A DNA stretch of 64,000 nt, taken from NCBI GenBank assembly GCA_965215605.1, contig OZ244070.1, positions 2,784,001-2,848,000 on the forward strand. The letters run 5' to 3'. Each line of letters begins with the position of its first letter. Within the stretch, counting starts at the first letter, position 1. This DNA comes from an uncultured Candidatus Binatia bacterium. Lineage in GTDB: Bacteria > Desulfobacterota > Binatia > UBA9968 > JAJDTQ01. Under the pieces are notes generated by a model. The model saw only the letters and a program-made list of their open reading frames with translations. It did no database searches and was not told the DNA's origin. Positions 49,353-58,619 of this stretch are shown here, one piece after another. The translations under genes and the position numbers were made by a program.

Positions 49353-50305
49353 TTGGAGTCCTCTGCTTTCTCGAGAATGCGCTTGATCTGGTCGGCCCCC
49401 GGGCGTTTCTCGTGACGGCCGGGCATCTTCCCTCGCCGCAAGGCGCGCACCGCGGTGGGCAGGAGCTTCATCAACCCCGTCACGTTGGTCATGCCCTCGG
49501 TCTCCATGGCCAGCTTGCGCTCGTCGAGCCAGCCGGTCTGCTTCACCGAGTTGATGAAGCTCGCGTGATGCCGGCCCACCTTCTCGTGCTTGATGCCTTC
49601 CTTGAAGGCCACGTCCCGTATCTCCATGATCTTGCTGGACGGGGCCAGCTTGCGCGGGCATTTGCCGTCGGCCTCGTAGCAGTGGACGCAGTCCCACAGC
49701 CCCTGGGGCTGCTCCACCACCTTCATGCGGGCCTCCATCTTGGCCCCGGTCTCCCGCGGGTCCATCACGAAGCGGTAGCCCTTGACCATGGCGGCTGGCC
49801 CGAGGAAGTCGAAGTTCACCGGCAGCACAGCGCAGCCCTCGTCGCACAGGCTGCATGCATGGCAACTCATGGTCTTGCGCACGTCCGCCATCTCCGACTC
49901 GGGGACCAGGTTCTCCGTGGGTGCGAACTCGTCGTCCGGCTCCATCCACGGCTTCATGGCGGCCATCTTGTTCCAGGAGAACCGGTCCATGTCGAACACC
50001 AGGTCCTTGATGACCGGGATGTTGCGCACCGGATCCAGCAGGACCTCCGGAGCCTTCTTGGTGACGTCGCCAATCCGGGTCGTGCAGGTGAACTGGGCCT
50101 TGTAGTTGATCCGCACCGCGCATTCTCCGCAACTGCCCTGGCAGCAGGAGGCCCGGAAGGCCAGGGTGTCATCCTGCTCGTCCCGGATCTTCTGGAGCCC
50201 GTCCAGGACCGTGGCGTCCTCGGGCAGTTCCACCTGGTAGGTGGAGTAGCTCGACTCGCCGCCGTTTTCCGGGTCCTTGCGATGAACCTTGTAGGTGACT
50301 TCCAT
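49349..50305 (-). CDS. SdhB/FrdB-like Fe-S subunit (type E-like, with C-terminal extension)
   Basis: RASCCQGSCGEC...C, CHACSLCDEGC, WDCVHCYEADGKCP, GWLDE. Confidence 0.88.
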   Translation of the reverse strand: MEVTYKVHRKDPENGGESSYSTYQVELPEDATVLDGLQKIRDEQDDTLAFRASCCQGSCGECAVRINYKAQFTCTTRIGDVTKKAPEVLLDPVRNIPVIKDLVFDMDRFSWNKMAAMKPWMEPDDEFAPTENLVPESEMADVRKTMSCHACSLCDEGCAVLPVNFDFLGPAAMVKGYRFVMDPRETGAKMEARMKVVEQPQGLWDCVHCYEADGKCPRKLAPSSKIMEIRDVAFKEGIKHEKVGRHHASFINSVKQTGWLDERKLAMETEGMTNVTGLMKLLPTAVRALRRGKMPGRHEKRPGADQIKRILEKAEDSK

Positions 50306-50371
50306 GGGTCCTCCTTGACCGGCGCCTCGTGCCCGTGTCCTGCGCGGACGTACGGGCCAGGGCGCCCGCGC

Positions 50372-51985
50372 TTATGCCGATACCGCCCGGGTATCCAGCT
50401 TCGGCGAGCCGTCCTGCGAGCGCACCACCGTGTGCGCCTTCCAGTTCGAATCGTCCCTTTCCGGATGATCGCTCCTGAGATGGGCGCCGCGGCTCTCGGC
50501 GCGGCCCCGGGAGGCCAGGGCCGTGGCCTCCGCCAGTTTCAGCAGGTTGCCCAACTCGATGTAGCCCGCAAGCGCATAGTTGTAGATACGGGACTTGTTG
50601 TTGACGCGAAGCGCGGCATGGCGCTGTTGCAGCGCGCTGATCTTTTCCTGGGCCTCGGCGAGCCCCGCGTCCGTGCGGCTCACCCCCAGGTTGGCGTTCA
50701 TCAACTCCCCCAGCTCCCGATGGATGCCGCCCATGGTGTCGCCGGAGGAGCCACCCGAGGTGATCTCTGCCAGCCGCTCACTGTCCTGCGCGGCTTGGGA
50801 GCCGCCCGCGTCCGCGGCGCCCGCCGACTTGGCGTGGGCCGCCGCCGCTTCGCCCACCCGCCGGCCGAACACCACCGCTTCGGTGAGGGTGTTGCCCGGA
50901 AGGCGTCCGGCGCCGTTGAGCCCGTTGTGGGCGCACTCGCCGACGGCGTAGAGCCCGGCCACCGAGGTCTCGCCGGCGGCGTTGGCCTCGATGCCGCCCA
51001 TGGGCCGGTGCGCCACCGGCTGCACCGGGACCGGGTCCTTGGTGATGTCGATAGCGGCCATGAGCCGGATCACCTCGGCGGCTGCGGGGAAGCGCGACGC
51101 CAGATTGTCCACCGGCCGAAGATCGAGAGAGACCGGGCCGCCGCCGTTCTGGCCGGCCCTGTGGACCTCGGCCGCAAGCTGCGCCCTGGATAGGCCTCCG
51201 GCGTTCACCAGCGTTTCGCCTCCGGCGTTCACCAGCTTCCCCCCCGCACCCAGGGCCGCCTCGCTGATGAGCGCGGTCCTGGCGGCGCTGTACACCGTCG
51301 GATGGAACTGCACCATCTCCAGGTCCACCAGGCCGACGCCCAGGCCGTAGGCCAGCATCAGGCCGTCGCCGGTGGTGCCCACGGCCGAGGTGCAGGGACG
51401 GTACAACTGGGTGGCGCCGCCGGTGGCGAGGACGACGGCGCCCGCCGCGAAGGTCTCGAGCTGGCCGCTCCGGTGCCCCAGGGCCACCGCGCCGGTGCAA
51501 ACCCCGCCGTGCTGGATCAGCGACGTGACGAACCACTCCGCGAAACAGGCGATGTCCTCTCTCTGGAATTGTTCGTGCAGCACGTGGAGGACCATGTGCC
51601 CGGTGCGGTCGTCGGCGTAGGCGGCGCGCTGGACGCTGCTGGAGCCCAGCGCGCGGCAGTCGATGCGCCCTTCGGCGTTACGGTTGAACGGCACGCCGAC
51701 CCGCTCGAGCCAGACGACTTCCCGGGCGGCGTCCGCTGCCAGGATGCTCACGGCCTCGGTGTCGCACAGGCCATCGCCCGCGTTGCCGATGTCCTGGGCA
51801 AACTTTTCCGCGGAATCGTCGCTTCCCAGCGGCGCATTCAGGCCGCCCGGCGACAGCGCCGAGTTGGTTCGCAACGGATGGACCTTGCTCAGCACCGCCA
51901 CCGACGCCCCGGCGCGCTTGGCGGCAATGGCCGCGCGCAAACCGGACGCGCCGCCACCAATAACGAGAACATCATATCGCGGCAC
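50372..51985 (-). CDS. Divergent SdhA/FrdA/NadB-family flavoprotein
   Basis: GGGASGLRAA, QFHPT, HRPMGG, GLYAVGEC, GRLPGN, ESRGAH; the FAD-attachment motif reads RTNSALSPGG. Confidence 0.88.
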   Translation of the reverse strand: MPRYDVLVIGGGASGLRAAIAAKRAGASVAVLSKVHPLRTNSALSPGGLNAPLGSDDSAEKFAQDIGNAGDGLCDTEAVSILAADAAREVVWLERVGVPFNRNAEGRIDCRALGSSSVQRAAYADDRTGHMVLHVLHEQFQREDIACFAEWFVTSLIQHGGVCTGAVALGHRSGQLETFAAGAVVLATGGATQLYRPCTSAVGTTGDGLMLAYGLGVGLVDLEMVQFHPTVYSAARTALISEAALGAGGKLVNAGGETLVNAGGLSRAQLAAEVHRAGQNGGGPVSLDLRPVDNLASRFPAAAEVIRLMAAIDITKDPVPVQPVAHRPMGGIEANAAGETSVAGLYAVGECAHNGLNGAGRLPGNTLTEAVVFGRRVGEAAAAHAKSAGAADAGGSQAAQDSERLAEITSGGSSGDTMGGIHRELGELMNANLGVSRTDAGLAEAQEKISALQQRHAALRVNNKSRIYNYALAGYIELGNLLKLAEATALASRGRAESRGAHLRSDHPERDDSNWKAHTVVRSQDGSPKLDTRAVSA

Positions 51986-52119
51986 TGGGGATCCCCTTTT
52001 CGTTGGTGAGAGGCACGCAAATTCCTTGCGTTTTCACGGGGTATAGCAAAACCCGCTCGGACGCGTCAAGGTGGCTTTTGGTGGCGCGCGGCCGGCCGAT
52101 GCGCTATGCCGGGAAGCCT

Positions 52120-52821
52120 ATGGAAAGGGACTCCCTGGCGCGTGTCAACCGGGCGGTGATCCGGTGCCGAAAATGCCCGCGGCTGGTGGAGTGGCGGGCC
52201 GAGACCGCGGCCAATCCGCCGCGCCGCTATCACGGGTACAAGTACTGGGGCCGCCCCCTGCCGGGTTTCGGCGACCACGCCGCGCGGCTCCTCATCGTGG
52301 GTCTGGCACCGGCGGCCCACGGCGGCAACCGCACCGGCCGGATGTTCACCGGAGACCGCAGCGGCGACTGGCTTTACCGAGCCCTGTTCGAGCACGGTTT
52401 CGCCAATCAGGCAGAGTCCGTGGACCGGGACGACGGCCTGGAACTCACCGACTGCTACATCTCCGCCGCCGTCCACTGCGCGCCCCCGGCCAACAAACCG
52501 GCCCGGGACGAGTTCGACAATTGCCGCGGCTATCTGGTCCGCGAGCTCGGACTGTTCCCGCGCCTCCGGGTCGTCATCGCCCTGGGCAAGATCGCCTTCG
52601 ACTCCTATCTCAAGGCGGTGGCGGAAGCAGGACAGCCGCTCCCCCGGCCCCGCCCCAGGTTCGGCCACGCCAGCCGCCACGAACTCGGCGACGGCGTGAC
52701 CCTGCTGGGCTCCTACCACCCCAGCCAGCAGAACACCTTCACCGGCAAGCTCACCGTGCCCATGTTCCATAGTGTATTTCGGACCGCTCGGGAGCTCCTG
52801 GACGGAGGTTGCGGCGCTTGA
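52120..52821 (+). CDS. Uracil-DNA glycosylase, family 5 (UdgB-like, Fe-S)
   Basis: CRKCPRL, GLAPAAHGGNRTGRMFTGD, HCAPPANKP, YHPSQQNT. Confidence 0.92.
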   Translation: MERDSLARVNRAVIRCRKCPRLVEWRAETAANPPRRYHGYKYWGRPLPGFGDHAARLLIVGLAPAAHGGNRTGRMFTGDRSGDWLYRALFEHGFANQAESVDRDDGLELTDCYISAAVHCAPPANKPARDEFDNCRGYLVRELGLFPRLRVVIALGKIAFDSYLKAVAEAGQPLPRPRPRFGHASRHELGDGVTLLGSYHPSQQNTFTGKLTVPMFHSVFRTARELLDGGCGA

Positions 52822-53019
52822 GTTTGTAGCCCGGTCTTCATGCCGTGGTCATGTTTTGGTGTCTTGGCGAAAATCTGATGAGGCGGGTCGCCGCTCGAGG
52901 CGTCCTCGCCCCCCACTCCATCGCCCGCACTCGCATCCGTTTCAGCATCCGCAACGCTTGCGGTATACGGAAGACTTGCAATAGACGGTAACAGACGAAC
53001 CGAAACAGGAGGACTCGAA

Positions 53020-53313
53020 ATGGCCATCGTCCGTTTGATCCACGTCAACGTCGATCCCAATCAGGCAGCCGAAGTGGAGCGCATCTGGAAAGAGGACTGC
53101 GGCCCGCGCATGCTCGCCCAGAAGGGCTGCAAGTCCGAGCAGTTGCTGAAGTGCATGGATTCCCCGGGTGAGTACATCTCCTACGCCGAGTGGGAGAGCC
53201 AGGACGACATCGATAGCTATCGCGAGAGTGAAGACCACCAGACGATCCAGACGCATGCGCGCGCGCTTCAGGGCGCCCGTGCCGTGGTCAAGCGATACGA
53301 AGCCATCGACTGA
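53020..53313 (+). CDS. ABM (antibiotic biosynthesis monooxygenase) domain protein
   Basis: 97 aa; QKGC, YISYAEWESQDDIDSYRESEDH; AGGAGG RBS. Confidence 0.8.
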   Translation: MAIVRLIHVNVDPNQAAEVERIWKEDCGPRMLAQKGCKSEQLLKCMDSPGEYISYAEWESQDDIDSYRESEDHQTIQTHARALQGARAVVKRYEAID

Positions 53314-53387
53314 TGTTCAGCCGGAGGCAGAGTCCGTCGGCGATCGCGACTTGATTCGTGAGATCGTGACCGCGAGGAGTATTTCCC

Positions 53388-56282
53388 ATGGCGCGTGAAG
53401 GCTTGCAGGATTACCGGGAGACCGAGGCCGAGCTCCGCAAGCGCGTGGAGGGCGAGGTCCGGTTCGACCACTACTCGCGGCTGCTTTACGCCACGGACGC
53501 GTCCATCTACCAGATGGAGCCCGTGGGCGTGGTCATCCCCCGGCACAAGGGCGACGTCCAGGCAGTCATCGAGGTGGCCAACCGGCACCGGGTGCCGGTG
53601 CTGGCCCGGGGCGGCGGCACCTCGCTGGCGGGCCAGACCGTGGGCCACGCCATCGTCATGGACTTCTCCAAGTACATGAACCAGGTGCTGGAAACGAACC
53701 GGGAGGAGCTCTGGTGCCGTGTCCAGCCCGGACTCGTCCAGGACGCCCTGAACGCCCACGCGGCGCCCATGGGAATGCTCTTCGGCCCGGATACCTCCAC
53801 CTCGAACCGGGCCACCATCGGCGGCATGATCGGCAACAACTCGGCGGGCGCCCACTCCATCGTGTACGGCAAGACCCTGGACCATGTGCTGGAGCTGACG
53901 GTGCTGCTGGCGGACGGCAGCGAGGTGGTGCTCCGGGATCTCACAGCCGACACGCTGGCCGGCCTGCAGGCAGGCAAGGGGTTGGAGAGCCGCATCTACC
54001 GGGAGTTGCCGCCGCTGGTGGAGGCCGCCGGCGGGCTCATCGCGGAGCGCTATCCCAAGCTCATGCGGCGGGTCTCGGGCTACAACCTGGACGAGTTCAC
54101 CAAGGATCAGCCGTTCAACATCTCGCGCCTGATCGTGGGCTCCGAGGGCACCCTGGCCTGCGTGGTGGAAGCGAAGATGCGCCTGGTGCCCAAGCCCAAG
54201 CACACCGCCCTGGACGTGATCCACTTCCAAGACCTCCAGGACGCGCTGGGGGTGTCGGAAACCATCCTCGCCACCAACCCCTACGCCATGGAGCTCACCG
54301 ACAAGCCCATCCTGGACTTGGCGCGCAACAACATCGAGCAGTCCAAGCGGCTGGGCTTCGTGCAGGGCGACCCGGACGCCATCCTCATGGTGGAGTACGA
54401 CGGCGACACCGCCGAGGAGGTGCGTGACAAGGTCGACAAGCTGGAGGTGATTCGGAAGCGCGAGCGCATGGGCTATGCCGCCTCCCTGGCCTACGAGCCG
54501 GGGGAGGTGCAGCGGATCTGGGGGGTGCGCAAGGCTGGCCTGGGGCTCCTGCTGGGCGTCAAGGGAGAGAAGAAGCCCATCGCCTTCGTCGAGGACACGG
54601 CCGTGGACCCGGTGAAGCTGCCGGAGTTCATCAAGCGGTTCCGCGGCATCCTGGGCAGTCACGGCGTCCGCGCCGGCTACTACGGCCATTGCTCCGTGGG
54701 CTGCATGCACATCCGCCCGTTCATCAACCTCAAGGAGGCCGGCGAGGTGGCGATGATGACGGAGATCTCCCGGGAGATCTCCGATCTCGTGATGGAGTTC
54801 GGCGGCGCCATGTCCGGCGAGCACGGCGACGGCCTGGCCCGCAGCCACCTGAACGAGAAACTCTTCGGACCGGAGCTTTACCAGGAGTTCCGCAAGGTCA
54901 AGCGCCTGTTCGACCCCAACAACCTGCTCAACCCCGGCAAGATCGTGGACGCGCCGCCCATGACCGATTCGCTCCGCTACGGTACCTCCTACAAGACCTG
55001 GCAGCCCGACACCGTGCTGGACTTCAGCGACCAGGGGGGCTTCGTGGCGGCGGTGGAGATGTGCAACGGCACCGGCGCCTGCCGCAAGACCCTGGGCGGC
55101 ACCATGTGCCCGTCCTACATGGCGACCCTGGAGGAGCAGCACTCCACCCGGGGGCGGGCCACGGCCTTGCGCGCGGTGCTGTCCGGCAAGGTGCCCCGCT
55201 CCGAGTTCACCGGGGAGGGGCTCCACGAGGTGCTGGACCTCTGCCTCGAGTGCAAGGGCTGCAAGGCCGAGTGCCCCTCCAACGTGGACATGGCCAAGCT
55301 CAAGTACGAGTTCCTGCACCACTACCAGCAGGTCCACGGGGTCTCGCTCCGGAGCCGCCTGTTCGGGCGCATCGGTTCCCTGAGCCGCTGGGGCTCGCTG
55401 CTGGCGCCCGTGGCCAACCGGGTCAACGCCAGCTTCGTCAGCCGCTGGTTCCTGGACCGCTTCCTGGGCATCGACCGCAGGCGCCCGCTGCCGAGCTTCG
55501 CCCGCAACAACTTCGAGGCATGGTGGCACAAGCGCGATGCCGCGGGCACCGGCGCCCGAGGCTCGGTGATCCTGTTCCACGACACTTTCAACACCTACAA
55601 CACGCCCGACGTGGCGGTGGCGGCCACGGGCCTGCTGGAGCACCTGGGCTACCGCGTGCTGACCGTGCCCCGGCGCTGCTGCGGCCGGCCGATGATCTCC
55701 AAGGGCATGCTGCAGGACGCCAAGGACCACGCCGCCTGGAACGTGGCGCGGCTGCTGCCCCACGTGGAGCAGGGGGTGCGGGTGGTGGGGCTGGAGCCGT
55801 CCTGCATCCTGACGCTCCGGGACGAGTACCCCGACCTCCTGCGCAACGAGCCGGCGCGCCTGGTGGCGGGCCAGACGCTGCTGGTGGAGGAATTGCTGGT
55901 GCGTGACGAGGCGGCGGGCTCGCTCAAGAACGGCGGCGCTCCCAAGCCGCCGGTGCTGCTGCACGGCCACTGTCACCAGAAGGCGCTGGTGGGCATGGCG
56001 CCCACGGTGTCGGCGCTGCGGGAGGCGGGCCACGAGGTCCGCGAGGTGGACTCCGGCTGCTGCGGCATGGCCGGCTCCTTCGGCTTCGAGAAGGAGCACT
56101 ACGACGTCTCCGTGGCCATCGCCAAACGCCGGCTGGTGCCGGCGGTGCAGGCCGCGCCGGAGGACACCCGCGTGGTGGCCTCGGGGATCTCCTGCCGGCA
56201 GCAGATCGAGCATCTCACCGGACGCCGGGCGCTCCACCCCGTGGAGGTGCTGTGGGAAGGCGTCCGGGAAGCCGGGGCCTGA
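53388..56282 (+). CDS. FAD-binding/Fe-S/CCG oxidoreductase (GlcD-GlcF/YdiJ-like 2-hydroxyacid dehydrogenase)
   Basis: YATDASIY, RGGGTSLAGQ, SGEHGDG, CNGTGAC, CLECKGCKAECP, CCGRP, HGHCHQ, CCGMAGSFG. Confidence 0.92.
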   Translation: MAREGLQDYRETEAELRKRVEGEVRFDHYSRLLYATDASIYQMEPVGVVIPRHKGDVQAVIEVANRHRVPVLARGGGTSLAGQTVGHAIVMDFSKYMNQVLETNREELWCRVQPGLVQDALNAHAAPMGMLFGPDTSTSNRATIGGMIGNNSAGAHSIVYGKTLDHVLELTVLLADGSEVVLRDLTADTLAGLQAGKGLESRIYRELPPLVEAAGGLIAERYPKLMRRVSGYNLDEFTKDQPFNISRLIVGSEGTLACVVEAKMRLVPKPKHTALDVIHFQDLQDALGVSETILATNPYAMELTDKPILDLARNNIEQSKRLGFVQGDPDAILMVEYDGDTAEEVRDKVDKLEVIRKRERMGYAASLAYEPGEVQRIWGVRKAGLGLLLGVKGEKKPIAFVEDTAVDPVKLPEFIKRFRGILGSHGVRAGYYGHCSVGCMHIRPFINLKEAGEVAMMTEISREISDLVMEFGGAMSGEHGDGLARSHLNEKLFGPELYQEFRKVKRLFDPNNLLNPGKIVDAPPMTDSLRYGTSYKTWQPDTVLDFSDQGGFVAAVEMCNGTGACRKTLGGTMCPSYMATLEEQHSTRGRATALRAVLSGKVPRSEFTGEGLHEVLDLCLECKGCKAECPSNVDMAKLKYEFLHHYQQVHGVSLRSRLFGRIGSLSRWGSLLAPVANRVNASFVSRWFLDRFLGIDRRRPLPSFARNNFEAWWHKRDAAGTGARGSVILFHDTFNTYNTPDVAVAATGLLEHLGYRVLTVPRRCCGRPMISKGMLQDAKDHAAWNVARLLPHVEQGVRVVGLEPSCILTLRDEYPDLLRNEPARLVAGQTLLVEELLVRDEAAGSLKNGGAPKPPVLLHGHCHQKALVGMAPTVSALREAGHEVREVDSGCCGMAGSFGFEKEHYDVSVAIAKRRLVPAVQAAPEDTRVVASGISCRQQIEHLTGRRALHPVEVLWEGVREAGA

Positions 56283-56289
56283 GGACGTC

Positions 56290-57564
56290 ATGGGCAGGAT
56301 CGCGGCGTTGCGCTGTCCGCAGTGCGGTTGGGAGGCCGTAACCGACGACACCTTTGCGTGCGGCGCGTGCGGCAGCGTGCTGGAGGTGCAGATGGACCTC
56401 ACGCACCTCACCCGCTCCGACGTACGTGTCATCCGCGCCAGCACGGACCAGACGCTTTGGCGCTGGTTCGATTTCTTCCCGGTGAAGAGCCGCGGCTCGG
56501 TGGTGTCCCTGGGCGAGGGCTACACGCCGCTCACCCGCTGCCGCCGGCTGGGCCGGCATCTGGGGATGGAGCGGCTCTACGTCAAGAACGACACGCTGCT
56601 GCCCTCGGGCTCCCTCAAGGACCGCAGCAACGCCGTGGGCATCTCCCGGGCGGTGGAGCTGGGCTTCGACACCGTGGCCGTGCCCTCCACCGGCAACGCC
56701 GCCGCGTCGGTGGCCGCCTATGCCGCGGCCGCGGGCCTGCGCAGCGTGGTGATGGTGCCGGCCGCCACCGACATGGCCAAGGTGATCCAGGCGTGCGCCT
56801 GCGGCGCCGAGGTGGTGATGGTGGACGGGAGCCTCGACGACATCGGTCCGTTCTACCGGGAAGCGGTGAGGGAGTTCGGCTGGTACGACTGCCTCTCCAC
56901 CAACCCGTACCGCAACGAGGGCAAGAAGTCCTACGCCTTCGAGCTGTTCGATCAACTGGACGAACACGTGCCCGACTGGATCGTCCATCCCACCGCCGGA
57001 GGCGCGGGCCTGGCGGCCATGTGGAAGGGCTACCAGGAGCTGCACGGCCTCGGCTGGGCGCATCGCTTTCCCAGGTTGGTGGCGACCCAGAGCGAGGCCG
57101 CGGCCCCCATCGTCGCGGCGCTGGAGAACGGCAACGCCACGGTGGAGCCGGTGGCCGCCGGCTCCACCGTGGCGGAGAGCATCCGGGTGGGCAACCCCAG
57201 CGCGCTGGGGCAGCGCGCCCTGCGCGCGGTGCGGGCCAGCAACGGGACGGGCGTGGCGCTGGCGGACGACGAGATCCTGGAGGCCCAGTCCCTCCTGGGT
57301 CGCATGGCCGGGGTTTTTGCCGAGCCCTCCGGCGCCGCCTCCCTGGCTGCCGCCATACGCCTGCGGGGGCAGGGTGTCATCGCCGCCGACGATATGGTGG
57401 TGTGCAACGTCACCGGCCACGGCCTCAAGCAGGCGGGCAGCGTGGGCGTGCCGCCGGAGCATCTGCAGATCGTTGAGCCAGACCTCGAGGCCTTGAGGAA
57501 ACGGCTGGAGACCACCGCCCGGACCACGGCGTCGGCGAATCCCGAAAGCGAAGGACAGCCATGA
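56290..57564 (+). CDS. Threonine synthase-like PLP enzyme with N-terminal Zn ribbon
   Basis: CPQC..CGAC, SLGEGYTP, PSGSLKDR, STGNAAAS, NPYRNEGKK, TGHGLK. Confidence 0.88.
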   Translation: MGRIAALRCPQCGWEAVTDDTFACGACGSVLEVQMDLTHLTRSDVRVIRASTDQTLWRWFDFFPVKSRGSVVSLGEGYTPLTRCRRLGRHLGMERLYVKNDTLLPSGSLKDRSNAVGISRAVELGFDTVAVPSTGNAAASVAAYAAAAGLRSVVMVPAATDMAKVIQACACGAEVVMVDGSLDDIGPFYREAVREFGWYDCLSTNPYRNEGKKSYAFELFDQLDEHVPDWIVHPTAGGAGLAAMWKGYQELHGLGWAHRFPRLVATQSEAAAPIVAALENGNATVEPVAAGSTVAESIRVGNPSALGQRALRAVRASNGTGVALADDEILEAQSLLGRMAGVFAEPSGAASLAAAIRLRGQGVIAADDMVVCNVTGHGLKQAGSVGVPPEHLQIVEPDLEALRKRLETTARTTASANPESEGQP

Positions 57565-58604
57565 AGTTCGGATACTATCTGCTCAATACCTACGTTCCCG
57601 AGCTGGACGGAGATTCCCGGGAGCTCTATTCCCGCTGGCTGGAGCAGATCGACGCCGCCGAGGACATGGGGTTTGACAGCCTCTGGGTCACCGAGCACCA
57701 CTTCCGCCTCTTCGGCGGCATGATGCCGAGCCCCCAGATGCTGTTGTCGGCCGCCTCCCAGCGCACCCGGCGCATCCAGCTCGGCTCGGCCGTGTCGTTG
57801 GTGCCCATGCACCACCCGCTGCAGATCGCCGAGGACTACGCCATGCTGGACCTGCTCTCCGACGGGCGGCTGCTGTTCGGCGCCGGCCGGGGCATGAGCC
57901 CCCACGAGTACGAGGTGTACGGGCATGACTGGCCCACCGCGCAGCCGCGGCTGGTGGAGGCCCTGGACGTCATCCGCATGGCCTGGACCGAAGAGACCGT
58001 GGAGTGGGAAGGCGAGTACTTCAGCTACCACGGCATGACCGTGCGGCCCCGGCCGCAACAGCAACCCCATCCGCCCGTCTACGTGCCCGCCAACCGCGAC
58101 CTGGACAACTTCCGCATGATCGGGAGCCACGGCTACCACCTGATGACCCTGCCGTGGATCGGCAGCAACGCCGAGCAGCGCCCCCGCATCGAGGTCTATC
58201 TCGACAGCCTGCGGCAGGCGGGATTCTCCGAGGACGACCACGACGTCTTCGTCATGTACCCCATCTACGTCGGCGAGGACGACCGCCAGGCACGGGCCGA
58301 GGTGGAAGACGCCTGGCACCGCTGGCGCGAATTCGCCCTGGACGAGGTCCGCCTCGACCCCGCCCGGGCGCCCATGGTGGGCAAGATCTACGAGCGTCTG
58401 GCCTACGACATGATGGTGCAGGACAACCGCGGCGTGTTCGGCGGCCCCGAGACCTGCATCGAGCACCTCAAGGTCATCACCGACGTGGTGGGTCCCAACC
58501 ACATCGGACTCTGCTTCCACTTCGGCGGCCTCAAGCAGGACAAGGTGCTCGCCTCCATGGAGCGCTTCAGCCGCCACGTGGCGCCGGCGTTTTCATCGAG
58601 TTGA
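57561..58604 (+). CDS. LLM-class flavin-dependent oxidoreductase
   Basis: LWVTEHHF, PMHHPLQIAEDYAMLDLLSDGRL. Confidence 0.9.
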   Translation: MKFGYYLLNTYVPELDGDSRELYSRWLEQIDAAEDMGFDSLWVTEHHFRLFGGMMPSPQMLLSAASQRTRRIQLGSAVSLVPMHHPLQIAEDYAMLDLLSDGRLLFGAGRGMSPHEYEVYGHDWPTAQPRLVEALDVIRMAWTEETVEWEGEYFSYHGMTVRPRPQQQPHPPVYVPANRDLDNFRMIGSHGYHLMTLPWIGSNAEQRPRIEVYLDSLRQAGFSEDDHDVFVMYPIYVGEDDRQARAEVEDAWHRWREFALDEVRLDPARAPMVGKIYERLAYDMMVQDNRGVFGGPETCIEHLKVITDVVGPNHIGLCFHFGGLKQDKVLASMERFSRHVAPAFSSS

Positions 58605-58619
58605 TCCGGCCCCGGCGTG

